Shown here piece by piece: positions 1 through 11,900 of a stretch of 64,000 nucleotides of DNA; within the stretch, counting starts at the first letter, position 1, and every line of letters begins with the position of its first letter. The position numbers were made by a program, and so were the translations under genes. The stretch covers positions 1 through 64,000 of the forward strand of contig JAAILG010001221.1 in the NCBI GenBank assembly GCA_012026655.1, read 5' to 3'. The notes below the pieces were generated by a model, which saw only the letters and a program-made list of their open reading frames with translations, was not told the origin of the DNA and did no database searches. The DNA is from Hydrolagus affinis (taxonomy: Eukaryota).

Positions 1-170
1 GGCTGAGACTGATAGATTTTTGAAAAATAGAGGGATTAGGGGATATGGGGATAGGGCAGGTAATCAGAGTTAGGTGAGAAGATCAGCCATGATCTTATTG
101 AATGGCGGAGCAGGCTCGAAGGGCCGAATGGCCTACTCCTGCTCCTAATTCTTATGTTCTTATGTTCTTA
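1..170 (+). mobile_element. CR1-clade LINE 3' end (shark HER1-like), runs off window start
   Basis: GATCAGCCATGATCTTATTGAATGGCGGAGCAGGCTCGAAGGGCCGAATGGCCTACTCCTGCTCC followed by (TTCTTATG)n octamer tail typical of CR1. Confidence 0.85.
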
Positions 171-260
171 TTTGCTATAGCACTTTATCACGTCTTCGAG
201 ATATCTCAAGCTGCTTCACCGAAAATACTGTAAATTGAATTGACTGTATATATTTTGAGC
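171..260 (-). mobile_element. 3' fragment of the abundant tRNA-headed SINE
   Basis: CTTCACCGAAAATACTGTAAATTGAATTGACTGTATAT matches copies at 2884 and 54657; tail side abuts the CR1 tail. Confidence 0.75.
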
Positions 261-299
261 TCACGAAACAACCCTTAAAAGTGTTCTGTGCCCCCTGTT

Positions 300-416
300 A
301 GGTAATGGGGAGAAAGCTGGGCAGTGGGATTGAGTTGCTCTGTTCAAAGAGCCGGCACAGACTAGATGGGTTGAATGACCTCCTTTTGTGCCGTATAATT
401 CTATAATTTTATGATT
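300..416 (+). mobile_element. older CR1 LINE 3' end
   Basis: TTCAAAGAGCCGGCACAGAC...GATGGGTTGAATGACCTCCTTTTGTG then ATTCTATA/ATTTTATG tail; similar to 30515-30623. Confidence 0.7.
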
Positions 417-737
417 CCCTGAATGTACCTGCAGAAATGGTGCAATCATTTGACTGCTCAAGAGTTTTGGTTCATGATTTTTTTTATTGAATGGGGAGCA
501 AAACCTACCATTACTGGAAAAATAGCGGAGCGTTACCTGTACTTTCAATCTGAAAATATCTGATAGAACTACAATCTACTGTTAATGTTTCACAGACGCT
601 AATTTCAGAGTAGCTTTTTTGTGAAAAAAATCTTAGCCTGGTTCTATTTAATATTTGATTTGGAAAATTTAGTGAGTGTCAGTAAGCCAATTAGATAAGA
701 GGGCACAGGTTCTCCTTAACATTCTATGCTTTGCATT

Positions 738-826
738 AATCATAGAATCATTGAGTCTGTACCTGCTCTTTGAAAAGAGCTGTTCATTAAGTCATTCCCA
801 ATTCCCCGGCTCTCCCCATAACCCCG
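738..826 (-). mobile_element. CR1 3' end fragment
   Basis: CATAGAAT tail, GCTCTTTGAAAAGAGC, CTCTCCCCATAACCC; reverse complement of 300-416 and 30515-30623. Confidence 0.6.
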
Positions 827-1402
827 CAAACCGCATTAGGTTGAAATCCAACTTTTACAACTGAACCTACAACAATTACACATTCTGTTCTCCTGACTTC
901 TCAAAATTGGGATATCATGAAGAAAGTGTTGTGGAGATAATGGTAAATCCTGTGGAATATATAAATAATATATATGTTTATAAACAATATATATATTTAT
1001 TTAAATAAACATATTCATAAATAATTGAGAAATTGAACGGTTTTGCGATCTGGAGATTAAATTCATTGGACATAAACAGTATCATGAATATTCTGGTCGA
1101 CTGCAGGAAGTTCAAAAGATTCACTGAACTGAAGTAGGATGATAAGCAAATGGAACAGAATGTGCACCAGTGATACCATTTATAATGTATTTAAGGACTG
1201 CTGTACAATCATTTTTCAGGCTGATGTATTGTATACCTGATCATTTGTCCTGACTCTATAATTTCTTTGCAACTTTCAGATTTGGCATGTGTTCCATGAA
1301 TTAACGGTACTGCGCAATTCTAGACCAGCACATTCATTCTATCCGACATTCAGAAGAAAGCTATCCTTGTAGGAAGTCAATGGCAAATATACATAGGACA
1401 TG

Positions 1403-1487
1403 TCAATCAATCAATCAATCAATCAATCAAAACTTACATTTACACAGCACCTTTCACGTCGAGAGGACATCCCAAGGTGCTGTACAG
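1403..1487 (-). mobile_element. L2-type 3' stem-loop/tail copy with (TTGA)7 microsatellite tail
   Basis: (TCAA)7 at 1403-1430, then CAGCACCTTTCACGTCGAGAGGACATCCCAAGGTGCTGTACAG. Confidence 0.8.
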
Positions 1488-1546
1488 TTAGGTAGGGACA
1501 AGAGCAGGGGGGCAGGGGTCAGGGGCAGGGTGAAGAAGAGTAGGAA

Positions 1547-1602
1547 AATTGACTGTATATTTGTGGGCGAAACGCGGCAGCCAAATTGCGCACAGCAGTG
1601 TC
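1547..1602 (-). mobile_element. SINE core fragment
   Basis: AATTGACTGTATATTTGTGGGCGAAACGCGGCAGCCAAATTGCGCACAGCAG nearly identical to the copy at 18900-18955. Confidence 0.8.
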
Positions 1603-1662
1603 AATGCATCTTCATTGATAGAAGCACCGGTTGAGGAGAATGTTTTTCTTTCACTCTTTTTT

Positions 1663-1724
1663 CAGCGCCTTGGGACGTCCTCCCAACGTAAAAGGCGCTC
1701 TATAAATGTAATTTTGTTATTTTT
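1663..1724 (+). mobile_element. L2-type 3' stem-loop/tail copy
   Basis: CAGCGCCTTGGGACGTCCTCCCAACGTAAAAGGCGCTCTATAAATGTAATTTTGTT. Confidence 0.8.
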
Positions 1725-2454
1725 GGTGACTCTTTGGTTAGAGAGTCAGTTTGGTCCCTCTCCTTACTATTATCCATAGCATTTCACACAAGTGCTCATT
1801 TGACGGATGTATATGTGCATGGAGTATTTTCCAGTGTTGTCGTCTTGAATTCAGGAAGAAAATTTATTTTCCCTTTAGAATAGTACAATTTGTATCCTCG
1901 TCAGCTTCATCCAGGAACACAATTGCATTGCAAACAGCGTGAAAGAGAATTAGGGAAATATAACAGCCCTGAAAATTGAGCAACAGCTGAGACCTTTGAA
2001 TCATAGTTGAGTGAGCCTCTCTATGTACAGAGGATTGAATGTATAATTGAATATATCCTTAATATTTCAAGCAAAGTATGAGTAGATTTTTCTCCAATGC
2101 CACAGAGAATTACTACTTTCCTTGGTAGTTAAACTTCATTTGAACCTTTATTCTTTCAAAGCGAAATGTATCCAGATCCACTAGCAACGTGACACTCTCT
2201 GGATCACTGATGGCAAAACAATCAGACTGCAGAACGAATGCACTCTATTACATTACTAATCTGATTAAAGCCAGGCAGTGCCATCAATGCAAAATGAACA
2301 ATCAACATTAATCACTTTTGTGGTTGTTCAGGCCTCTTAACTTGAACCTTCATGTTATTTATTGCAACTGGTGCAGAAGCAAATGTTGTTTCATTGCATA
2401 ATATAGGCCCAGGACATGATGTCCAGTTTATCACTTATTTGCCCATTCAGTTGA

Positions 2455-2566
2455 AATAATAATAATCCTTGCATTTGATATAGCGCTTTTCACACCTTCT
2501 AGACATTTCAAAATACTTCACCGAATATACTGTAATGTGAATTATAATAATTGACCTGTGGGCGAG
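2455..2566 (-). mobile_element. 5'-truncated SINE
   Basis: (AAT)n-CCTTGCATTTGATATAGCGCTTTTCAC...CTTCACCGAATATACTGTAA. Confidence 0.8.
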
Positions 2567-2883
2567 TATACAGTTACCATAGAGATCAGGCTGCTCCCAA
2601 CAAATGCACAACTTGTAAACTTCTCTTCTCTCAATACCCAAATCTGTCGCATTGCTAGTGTCTTGATTTTATCATTTCAGATCACAGTGTTATATAATTA
2701 TTCTCTACTTATCTCCATCTGGTAACTTCCTAGAAAGATCTGCAGCTTGATTTTAATCACAACATAATCCACAAAATCACAAATATCTCTGGGAGTTGGT
2801 AGTATCAGAAATTTGTTACACATTTATGGTGACTGAATTCTTGGAATTGTTTTTCAAAGGAGACCGATGTTTTATAATATAAG

Positions 2884-3189
2884 AATAATAATCCTTGCAT
2901 TTTTATATAGCGCTTTTCATGTTTTCTAGACGTCTCAAAGCACTTCACAGAATGTACCGTAAAGTGAATTGACTGTATATTTGTGTGCGAAACGCGGCAG
3001 ACAATTGGCACACAGTAATGTCCCACAAACAGTCGTGCATTGAAATGACAATTTTATTATTGTGTTTTATTTTGGAGGGATTATTATTAGGCATGTGGAG
3101 TAAAGAAACTTGCCCAAGGTTTCGCCCTGACCTGCCTGGATTCAAACACAGGTTGTAAAGCGAATGCTCTAAATACTGAGCTACAGGAC
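2884..3189 (-). mobile_element. near full-length tRNA-headed SINE with L2-type tail
   Basis: Minus strand starts GTCCTGTAGCTCAG (A box), has TTTGAATCC (B-box-like), core TGTGGGACATTACTGTGTGCCAATTG, ends TGCAAGGATTATTATT. Confidence 0.88.
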
Positions 3190-3224
3190 TTAGAATAATA
3201 ATAATTTATGATAACTCTTTTGTT

Positions 3225-3550
3225 TGATAATCCAATCACATCAGGAGGATGCCACAAACTGTTTCACAGGATTGATTGCAAGATGTAGCAACTGTGCAGT
3301 TTGTAGGTGAATGAGCCAACCAATTTGTGCAAAGCAATGTCCCCCAAAGAGTCAAGAGTAAATGGCTCATGTTATCTGGGTGAGGGGTTTGCTAAGCATT
3401 GGGAGAAACGGTTACACCTTCAACATTTTGCGCTTTCCCAGGCCAGTATTTGAGTGTCAGTCTAAACTGTCAGTTCAAAGTTTCAGCATGTGGTTTGAAG
3501 TTGAACCCACATCAGTCTGAGTGAGTGTGCTACCATCTGAGCCACGCTGA
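3225..3550 (-). mobile_element. old Deu-domain SINE relic (SacSINE1/AmnSINE1-like)
   Basis: Head reads GTGGCTCAGATGGTAGCACACTC...GGGTTCAA on minus; degenerate CCAATTTGTGCAAAGCAATGTCCC core. Confidence 0.6.
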
Positions 3551-4149
3551 GCCCCTTTTGTATATTTGAGGTATTAAATGATGTATACTAAAGAAGTGTC
3601 AACATATTATCACTCTAGATAAAATGGATAATTCATTAATATTTCAACCATAATTCATACCTAGCCAGTTCTGCTTACCACAATGTTGCTGATGTCTGTC
3701 AAAGTATCCTACGGGGGCATTGCTTTAATTTTATCTTAAGTCAGCAGTGAATACTTGCGTGAAACGTGACAGACTTTGGCAGCACCGCAGCAACATTTTT
3801 AATATCAACATATTTGCAACCCTCCTGTAAACACCTTCTGTTGGCAGAATTTGATGAGAATCTGAAAAAGTCAACAGATTTTCATAAAACCTTCAACATA
3901 CACAAACAAAGAGGAAAGGATGGATTATCTTAAAATATCAAATGCTTCAATGTTTGCATGAGGCTCTAACAGCGCTTTGTAGATGTCCTGAAACTGGAGT
4001 GTAGTTGTCTCTCTGAGGTGCGCTGAGCTCCTCAAACCTGCTCTGAGATTATGCCGCGAGAGGTGATTCATAATAAAAAAAGCAGCTGGTTCTACAGGAG
4101 CTGAATTTAGGAAAATCCTATTTGAAGTCTGATTTCCCATTCACTGTGG

Positions 4150-4360
4150 TAATAATCCTTGCAATTGATATAGTATCACTTTTTTCAGACATCTCAAAGC
4201 GCTTCACTGGATATACTGTAAATTGCTGTTCATTGTATTTTTTGTGGATGAATGCATACAGTGGAAATGACTTTATGAATGAAATGTCTTTGAGCCACCT
4301 GAAAGGGTTTCTCAGAATATACTGTAAATTGGTGTGACTCTGTATCTTGTGGATGAAGGC
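4150..4360 (-). mobile_element. two tandem SINE 3' fragments
   Basis: AATAATCCTTGCAATTGATATAG...ATATACTGTAAATTG, with the latter motif repeated near 4315-4331. Confidence 0.65.
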
Positions 4361-4362
4361 AT

Positions 4363-4550
4363 TAAAACACGATAATAAAAATTGGTCGTTTCAATCCACG
4401 ATTGTTTGTGGGACACTGCGGTGTGCAATTGGCTGCCGCGTTTCGCCCACAAACATACAGTCAATTCATTTTACAGTATATTCTGTGAAGCGCTTTGAGA
4501 CGTCAATAAGATGTGAAAAACGCTATATCAAAATGCAAGTATTATTATTA
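4363..4550 (+). mobile_element. 5'-truncated SINE
   Basis: GTTTGTGGGACACTGCGGTGTGCAATTGGCTGCCGCGTTTCGCCCAC...GCGCTTTGAGACG...TATTATTATTA. Confidence 0.88.
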
Positions 4551-5509
4551 TAGAGCGGAAATTACTTCACGAATGACAAGTGACATGGTGTTCCATGTGT
4601 GTAAGAAGTTTGAAAACAATTACGGGAGTTACGTGTTACATCTGATGGAACACAAATGCGTAAAACAGTTACAACTTTACTCCATGAGGCCTTCTACCCA
4701 AATAATTTGTAATGGAACCAAAATCAAGCTGCTAGTAGAATCACATAATAATCAGGTCCACCTCCCTTTCTTTATTAATGGAGAACTCTCAATGATTTTT
4801 CTAATGATTTTGAATGTGCAAAAAAAAAACATTTGGCATCCCGAGTGCATGCGCAAGCAACCTCACCAAGGTGCAGAGGCAATGTAAAAGCAGCAGAGAC
4901 TAGGAATGTTTGGCAATGCGAGGCTCTGGAAACCACAAGCTGAAAGCGGCACAAGTCTCAGTTTTACGTGGGGAAGATCTGAAGCGTGCTGCACCACACA
5001 AAGCCTTTCAGAAAGTCTGGCATGTTACTAAAATAACTCAGGAAACCACACCAAAGAACAAACTTTCAACCTGCTTCATCCCAAGCCACCTCGTACAACC
5101 TATAAATAGTGTGTTCACTCCAAACAATGCAGTATCTATAACAATAAATGCATTTGTTATATCAACTTATCGCATCAAACATCTAAGAACGATTAACACA
5201 ATGAATTACTTTGAGGTATAGTGACTGTTAAGTAGATAAATCCAGCTAAACTGTGGCTTAAAACGACAATAAGCATTTCCTCCAAGATTGTTCCCTCAAA
5301 TAAACCCTTGAATAAATAAAAATTGTTTTGAGGAACCCATCCAAAAATATGTTGCATTCATTCTGTGAAAAGGTTTCTACACTGTCTATGCAGCTTTGCA
5401 GTGTGGTGCACAAAACATTTCAGTTTCTATTAAACTTAACTCACCCACCCATTTTTGTCTGAAAGATGCAGATATGGAACTGTGCTGGAAATCGCTAAAC
5501 CGCCGTATC

Positions 5510-5791
5510 GGGTCTGGCCTCCTCCATGTCTCCCGAATCCTCCGCTCCACCCTCGGCGGCCGTGCCTTCAGACACTATGCCCGAAGGCTCTGGAACTCCC
5601 TTCCTCACTCCCTGCGCCTCTCCCCCTCTCTTCCCAGTTTCAGGTCACAGTTAAAGACCTTTCTCTTTGATCACTTCTTTGGTCACCTTTCTACCTCTGC
5701 CCCTGGCTCACTCCCGGGATCCACTATTGTGATGCGCTCTGAGACGCCGGCCGGCATGGAGGGCGCTATGTAAATCAAAGTTGTTGTTGTT
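5510..5791 (+). mobile_element. L2-clade LINE 3' fragment (ORF2 C-terminus, 3'UTR, (GTT)n tail)
   Basis: Translates GGRAFRHYARRLWNSLP...FRSQLKTFLF; close match to 50103-50388. Confidence 0.92.
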
Positions 5792-6797
5792 CTTGTTTGT
5801 TTCTATGCATCTGAAACTACCAACACTCACTATTGAGGCTTAGGCTTCAAGAGGAGAGAAAATTATCAAGACAAAAGTGACTTTTCCCTTGATCACGTAT
5901 CTTCATTTTCTTAATTTTTAGATAATCTCTGAGTTCTGAAAACAAAATGCCTTGTGATGCCTCATAATTTCTTCTCCTCCCACTCGTATTCTCGAATTGA
6001 AGATGTCCTGTCTGAAAAGTTCCCCAAATATTCATTATGTCCTAATCTATTCAGGCACTTTTCTGTGCTAAATGACAAAAGTATGTGAGTCTTATCAAGA
6101 TTGGCTGACATGTTGATGAATTGCAGTTATACAGTTCAAATCTCAGAGCCCAGCATATTTGGTCAGCCTTTGAGAACAAAAAGAAAGGTGCAAGCAAGAA
6201 AGTTTGTCATTTAGTATTAGTGTCAACTGATCAATGTCCTTCAAGACTACAGAATGTTAGAGAATCTCAGGCTATTTCAGTTTTGTACGAAGGATGAACT
6301 TTGGGCCAGTTTAAGAGTGAAACATTTCAAATTGTGTATTTGGGCTGCCTTCTCTTGACATGCAAAGCGTGTAAATCATTAATTGCATATTTCTGCTGTT
6401 CCATTAAGTTGGGTGTGTGAACAGGCCTAACAAATTACCTCACTCCCACACACACATAGCGGTCCTATCATTTTTCTACAAGAAATTGCTGTGCAGATGT
6501 AAAGGTGCATTATATTGCTATTTTAGTACCAAAAAGAGATTTAGCAAGTAAACAGTTGTTGAAAATTTAAAGGCCAAAATATGTCAACATAGAAATCTAT
6601 TTTTGACAGCATTGTGGATCAGGTTGAAACTCCTCTCCCACCCTCTGATTTTTCCATACCGGTGTCTGTCCCCAGAGTATGCACTGAGCTCAGTACAGTC
6701 ACATCATTGGCACCTTCAAGTAAATAAATCCTCCCATACTGTCTAATTGTAATGTCCTTATTAACAGTGATGAAAGGTGGAAAATGAGACTTTGTCC

Positions 6798-6860
6798 AAC
6801 AACAGCAACAACAAAATTACAATTTGTAATTTTTCACGTCAGGTGGACCTCCCAAGCCGC
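6798..6860 (-). mobile_element. L2-type stem-loop/tail copy
   Basis: (AAC)n-AAAATTACA...TTCACGTCAGGTGGACCTCCCAAG. Confidence 0.7.
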
Positions 6861-7212
6861 CCCTTTGTTCAAGATGTCTGTCTGTAAGCAATTCTGAGCA
6901 ATTCTGAGTAGAGTTTAGGCTGTAGTTTGTATCTTAACTATCAGTTGAATCATGTGGAAACTAATTGTAATGGACTCTTTTAAACCAAAGCAATTATGCA
7001 GGTGTGGTTTACGTTTAGGATATACAAAAGGGAATGATGTGTCACTAGTACAACTCAAATAGAACACTGCTGACGTTACTAATGAACATAGTAATGAATA
7101 CTATCCTGCGTGAAGGGCACACAAAAAAATGCAAGTGGTTGTATAAAGGCAAGTTGTTGCCTTTATCCAGGAAAGCACCATTTTGTGAAATATCCAGTTT
7201 AGCAATTCTCGC

Positions 7213-7258
7213 ATTTGATACAGTGCCATTCACGTCAGGTGGATGTCTCAAGGTTCCC
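7213..7258 (-). mobile_element. degenerate L2-type stem-loop copy
   Basis: AGTGCCATTCACGTCAGGTGGATGTCTCAAGG. Confidence 0.55.
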
Positions 7259-7379
7259 AGGTTATACTTAAGAGTAGTGACTGTACATTTTGTCTTCAGG
7301 GTTTGTGGCTCCTGTCATTTTCTCCCCCCCCATCCTCTTCTATTGAAGATTTTTTTTCTTCTTGTGGACATATGATTCC

Positions 7380-7552
7380 ACGGGTATCAGATTCTCTGTG
7401 GTAAACGGCACAAGTGGTCATTAAACATGGACCAGCCTTGGTAATACCTATTAGTAGCCTAATCATGGGGCGGTGGGGGGAGGAGGGCATCACTGCTAAA
7501 CTGGATCCTGCCCTCACCAAATATCACTCATAAATAAGATACTGCCAGCAGA
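7380..7552 (-). mobile_element. AmnSINE2-like ancient SINE relic
   Basis: CAAGTGGTCATT...GAGGGCATCACTGCTAAACTGGATCCTGCCCTCACC resembles recalled AmnSINE2 3' half; related to 14600 and 47923 copies. Confidence 0.55.
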
Positions 7553-10500
7553 AAATGTTCAATTATGGAAATAAGGAAAGTGCTTGAAGCAAAAATCCTT
7601 GAAGAGTATTATACAAATTTTGTGCTCAGTACCTTACTGTACAGTTCATATTTACATGTGTGATGTGATCAAACTGAGATGTTGCAAATTAGAATGAATA
7701 GATGTGCTGACCCGAATGGCTTCCTTTTAGTTCATGTGCAGAGAATCTCTTTTGTACAGCATGTGTCACTGCATTTCACAAGAGATGTAATTTCACATGC
7801 ATCCGGGAGGAGGTAGCTTTGTTGCTTGCTGGGATTTTGTGCCAGCAAAACAATAAGGTGAAATACCATAGCTTTCTTTCAATACGATTAAGAGCAAGAA
7901 AAGTAAGCAATGCTTTCACGTGTTCACTAATAATGAGATGTTATTACCACATTAATGTGTTCTCTTTCAACTAAACCGATGAAGTTGATTGAGAGTGACT
8001 TGAGGTAGATAAAGCTTCTCTAAGAACTATTCCATCAGCACCATCTCTAGGAACTCTGTGACTTTTGTCCTGGTTGGTCCGATTTTATTTCACAGTTTAA
8101 CAGTCTCCTATTGTGAATAAATCCTCCCGGATTAGTTCATTTCCCCGTAAGGCCTGGGATCTCCCCTTGTAAGGTGACATAGGCAAGAGCAGGGATCTGA
8201 GATTGGAGTTTGGACATCATGTTGTTGATGTTCAGGGAGATGGGGGAAGATTCATTTATCTTTACGTGTAGTACTTTCCCGGATCCATTCTTATTTATTG
8301 CTCAGAACCACGGTAGCTCAATTGATATGTAGATGTGTAATCAAAACTGCAATTGCTCACACAATTTATGTTCCGATTGCAGATACAGATTTTATTGGGG
8401 GTGGTGGGAAGGGGGTTGGTGGGAGGAGAATTGCCCTTGTATTGTAACTAAAAGATTCCTTGAATGGCTACTATGGCCCAGAAGTGCTAAGATTGTAACA
8501 ATGATCCTCAAATTGACTTGCCAGTGCGCTGCAACTCACTTTATTTTGGAGACTGTTCTCGTGTTCAAAGATATCTTTTTTGGGGGGTAACCGCGATGTT
8601 GCTAGTTTTTTGGGGGATTCGGTTAGCTTCAGCAACTAGTTCGGTTCCACTTTTTGAAATGTGTCGATTTCAGGTGGAAATGTTAGCACTTTTGAGTGTC
8701 TGACCGACAGAGGCGTTGCCTTTCAACAATGGGAAGAGTTCTCATCTCGCTGGACGTGCGTGTCTGCTTGCAGCAAGGGATAAAACCATCAGATTTAAAT
8801 AGATGCGACCACATTTTTTTAAATATGCAAAGTAAATGCTGGATGCAGCATTTACGAATATATGCGAATCCTTTTTTTGTGTTCAATAAATCATTTCAGA
8901 TACTCCACAGCTTTCACCACTGCTTCAACCCAAGCCATTTTTTTTTTTGGCAGTTTTCTGTTGTTGTGCCAAATGAACATTCACAGTCGGCTGGAACACC
9001 TGCCAGTCCTCAGTGCTAATGTGCTTCTGAGAAAATAATGATGAAAACTGAAAACATAGCCAGAACTGCCAATTTACTGTTGTAACCTTTTCATTACTCT
9101 GAAGGATATTTACACAACTTCTAAAAGCGATGAAAGAGCGAGGCTTTGGCTGAGTCCAGTCGCCTTAGCCTTAGAAAGTGGTGCTTTGTACGCTGCTTTG
9201 GCGTGTGATATTTTCATCTGCCTTGTTTTGGAAAGAGAAAGGAAACCAAGTGTATCATTTGACTAAAGTATATGACCTTGGAGACTTCATCCGAATTCAG
9301 CACAGAGTGCGTTTTTTTTCCATGAGGTGAACTTAACAAGAGATCGACGATCCCTCAGGATGAATAAAACTCATTTTCTCCTTTTGTTACATGCGGATTT
9401 GCATTGTCGAAACTGAAAAGAGCTCCTTCCTGAAGCAGCTCAGGTGTTTCCCTTTAGCTTACTATATCGCCATATTCTGTTTAGCTTAGTGTCAACAACC
9501 CAACATCAGATAACATTCAGAAGTGTGAGCCGCTTTACTTGCTTGTATCATTTTGTTATTTCAATAATCTAACCACTCTATCAAAAACTGTAATTAAAAA
9601 AAACAACGCTTAAAAATGAGGCCAAAAACTTACAAGTCAGGGTGCCTTTGAAGATATTTAATTAAAATCTAATCCAGCATTCTTAAAGGCTCACATAAAT
9701 TAAGCTGTCATTCAGGAGATTTATGCATTCACATTTGCATATTACATACAATTCATCAATTACTCATGTTTGAAAGCACTGCCTTTCCCTGGGAGCTGAT
9801 TGCCACTGTGCCAACATGCAAAATGAGAAACAAACTGTGCCCGCTGTACCTCTGGAGAAAGCTACTTCCATATGTCCATTCTTTACCCACTCCACTAAAG
9901 AAATAAAAAAAATCTGATTTCAAACAAAAAAAATTAACTCTTTCAGAGTTTACTTCTTTGATTGGCACAGTCCACCATGGGTCCTAACGTTATCAATTTA
10001 GATTTTTTTTATATGCGTATAAATAAACAAAATTTATACATCTAAAATAAATCTTACCCTCTACCAAAAATTTTGAGTGTCGACATTGTTCCATTGCTCT
10101 ATAACATTGATATTCAAACAGAATTACACTGAGGATTGCATAACATCACCAGCTAGTTTTGTTCTGCTTAGCGAGGGGAGAATTCAGCATAGAATAATGA
10201 AATGGCCATTCAACAAGCTTTTGATATTTTTTTTGACCCCAGGATTCTCGATATTGTAATTTGTTAATAAGTTTCTTTGATTTTAAAATACTGTAGAAAT
10301 AAGTAGCGTAAACATATCCTCCTGTTTGAGATCTACTTGAAACGTATCAAGTGGAAAGGATATAGTTTTGATCTCAGTGACTCACTCCAATCTTGCCTTT
10401 TCTTGTCTCTTTTACAACCCTCTATTGCTGAGATACAGGCACCCAAACAATGCCACAACTTGCAACGTGGAAATTTGGCTTCAGTATGAGTGTTAAGAAG

Positions 10501-11304
10501 CAGTGAGACTCCCCATTCTGAGAACATCTATTGACATTGCACCTGAAAAATTGTAGGCATAGCTCCATAAAGCTAAGTGCCATCTTTGAAACAAGAATAA
10601 TTATATAGATTGCTTATAAAAATGGCATCTATTTATATGATTTGTTCCTCAACCCATTTAATCACTCATGCTGCAGATGAGCAATAAGGTAGAAAAATAT
10701 TCATGCACAAAAAAAGCTAACTAAGGTGGCCTGGATTACCACAGTGCACTGAGCGCATACAAAGCGCAAATAATTGCTCTTCCCTTTGGATCAGGATTAT
10801 TCCTTAAACTGTTGGGCCTGAATCAGGAATTGATGTGATCAGAACGCACAGTGAATGGCTTATCAAGCAGAACTCCAGGTTTGAATTAAACCCCAATGGG
10901 CATATTGCTCAGAAATAAATGCTGGTGCAAATACAAATTCTGCCATGTTGTGTTCACGGGTTTACTTTGTGGTGCATTTCTGTTGCCTTTCCCATTTCTA
11001 TCAGAAAAAGTCAAAATGGAAGTTTGCCTAGATTCATTAGGCAGTAAAAGTAGCGTTATGGGATACAAGAACTATTTATTGCATATAAATGCACTGAGAT
11101 CTGTGCTTGCACCTCCACTTTGCTGCAAAAAATGATCTGGCCTCATATACAGGCATCTCCTTAACATTTAGGAACAATCATTGAAGCATAACCTACTCAC
11201 TTTTCTTCTGTCTTTGGTAGAGTTTATCTGTTCAGTTCCTGTAAAAGCCTTAAAATTGATGTAAATCCTTGTGATCAATTTCTGTCTAGTAAGAGTGTTC
11301 TCTG

Positions 11305-11480
11305 CAACAACTTCTATTTACAGTATATAGCGCCCTTCAGGTAGGCTAACATCTTTGGGTGCTTCATAATGATGGACATCAAGAAATTAGTAGGGGTAAT
11401 AGGGAGGTGACATTAAACATGGTGGAAGAGGTAGGTTCCAAGGCAGTATTTAAAAATAAACTGAGGGGTGGGAAGAAGCA
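11305..11480 (-). mobile_element. old L2 3' fragment
   Basis: CAACAACTT...TATATAGCGCCCTTCA...GTGCTTCA followed by purine-rich L2-like sequence. Confidence 0.5.
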
Positions 11481-11729
11481 AATCTCCCCAGTTCATCGCT
11501 AATAAGAAAAATCCATCGCTGCTTTTAAAAGTTCCAGTTCATTAATGATATTGTAGAATTTGTTGTTGTTTCAGATTGCACATATGATATGGTCAGCAGA
11601 ATGCTCCATTCTAGGTAATTAACCAGGCCGGCACTTAAAGGTACCTACTGTAATTAACAGTGATAAAATTACTCATGTAAAGTCTGTGTAACAATGTGTC
11701 ACTCAAATCATGTTTCACTCCATGAAGTT

Positions 11730-11900
11730 GCACTAAGACACAGAGACCACATGGTTGCAGGCTTGATTCTGATCTATGCTGTTAGATAATCTTGGTCAGT
11801 GATTAGCGTTAGCAAGCCTTAATAAGTGTTTGAATGTTGAAAAAGTCTGCCGTTGCTCAAAACCTAGCTCCATCCTGGTTGGGCTGCTGTTAGAAACGTG
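11730..11900 (+). mobile_element. AmnSINE2-like relic (5' half)
   Basis: CAGGCTTGATTCTGATCTATGCTGTTAGATAATCT resembles the AmnSINE2 B-box region; highly degenerate. Confidence 0.4.

Noticed and set aside
955-1025. Extremely AT-rich tract
   Set aside because: Degenerate (TA)n low-complexity sequence.
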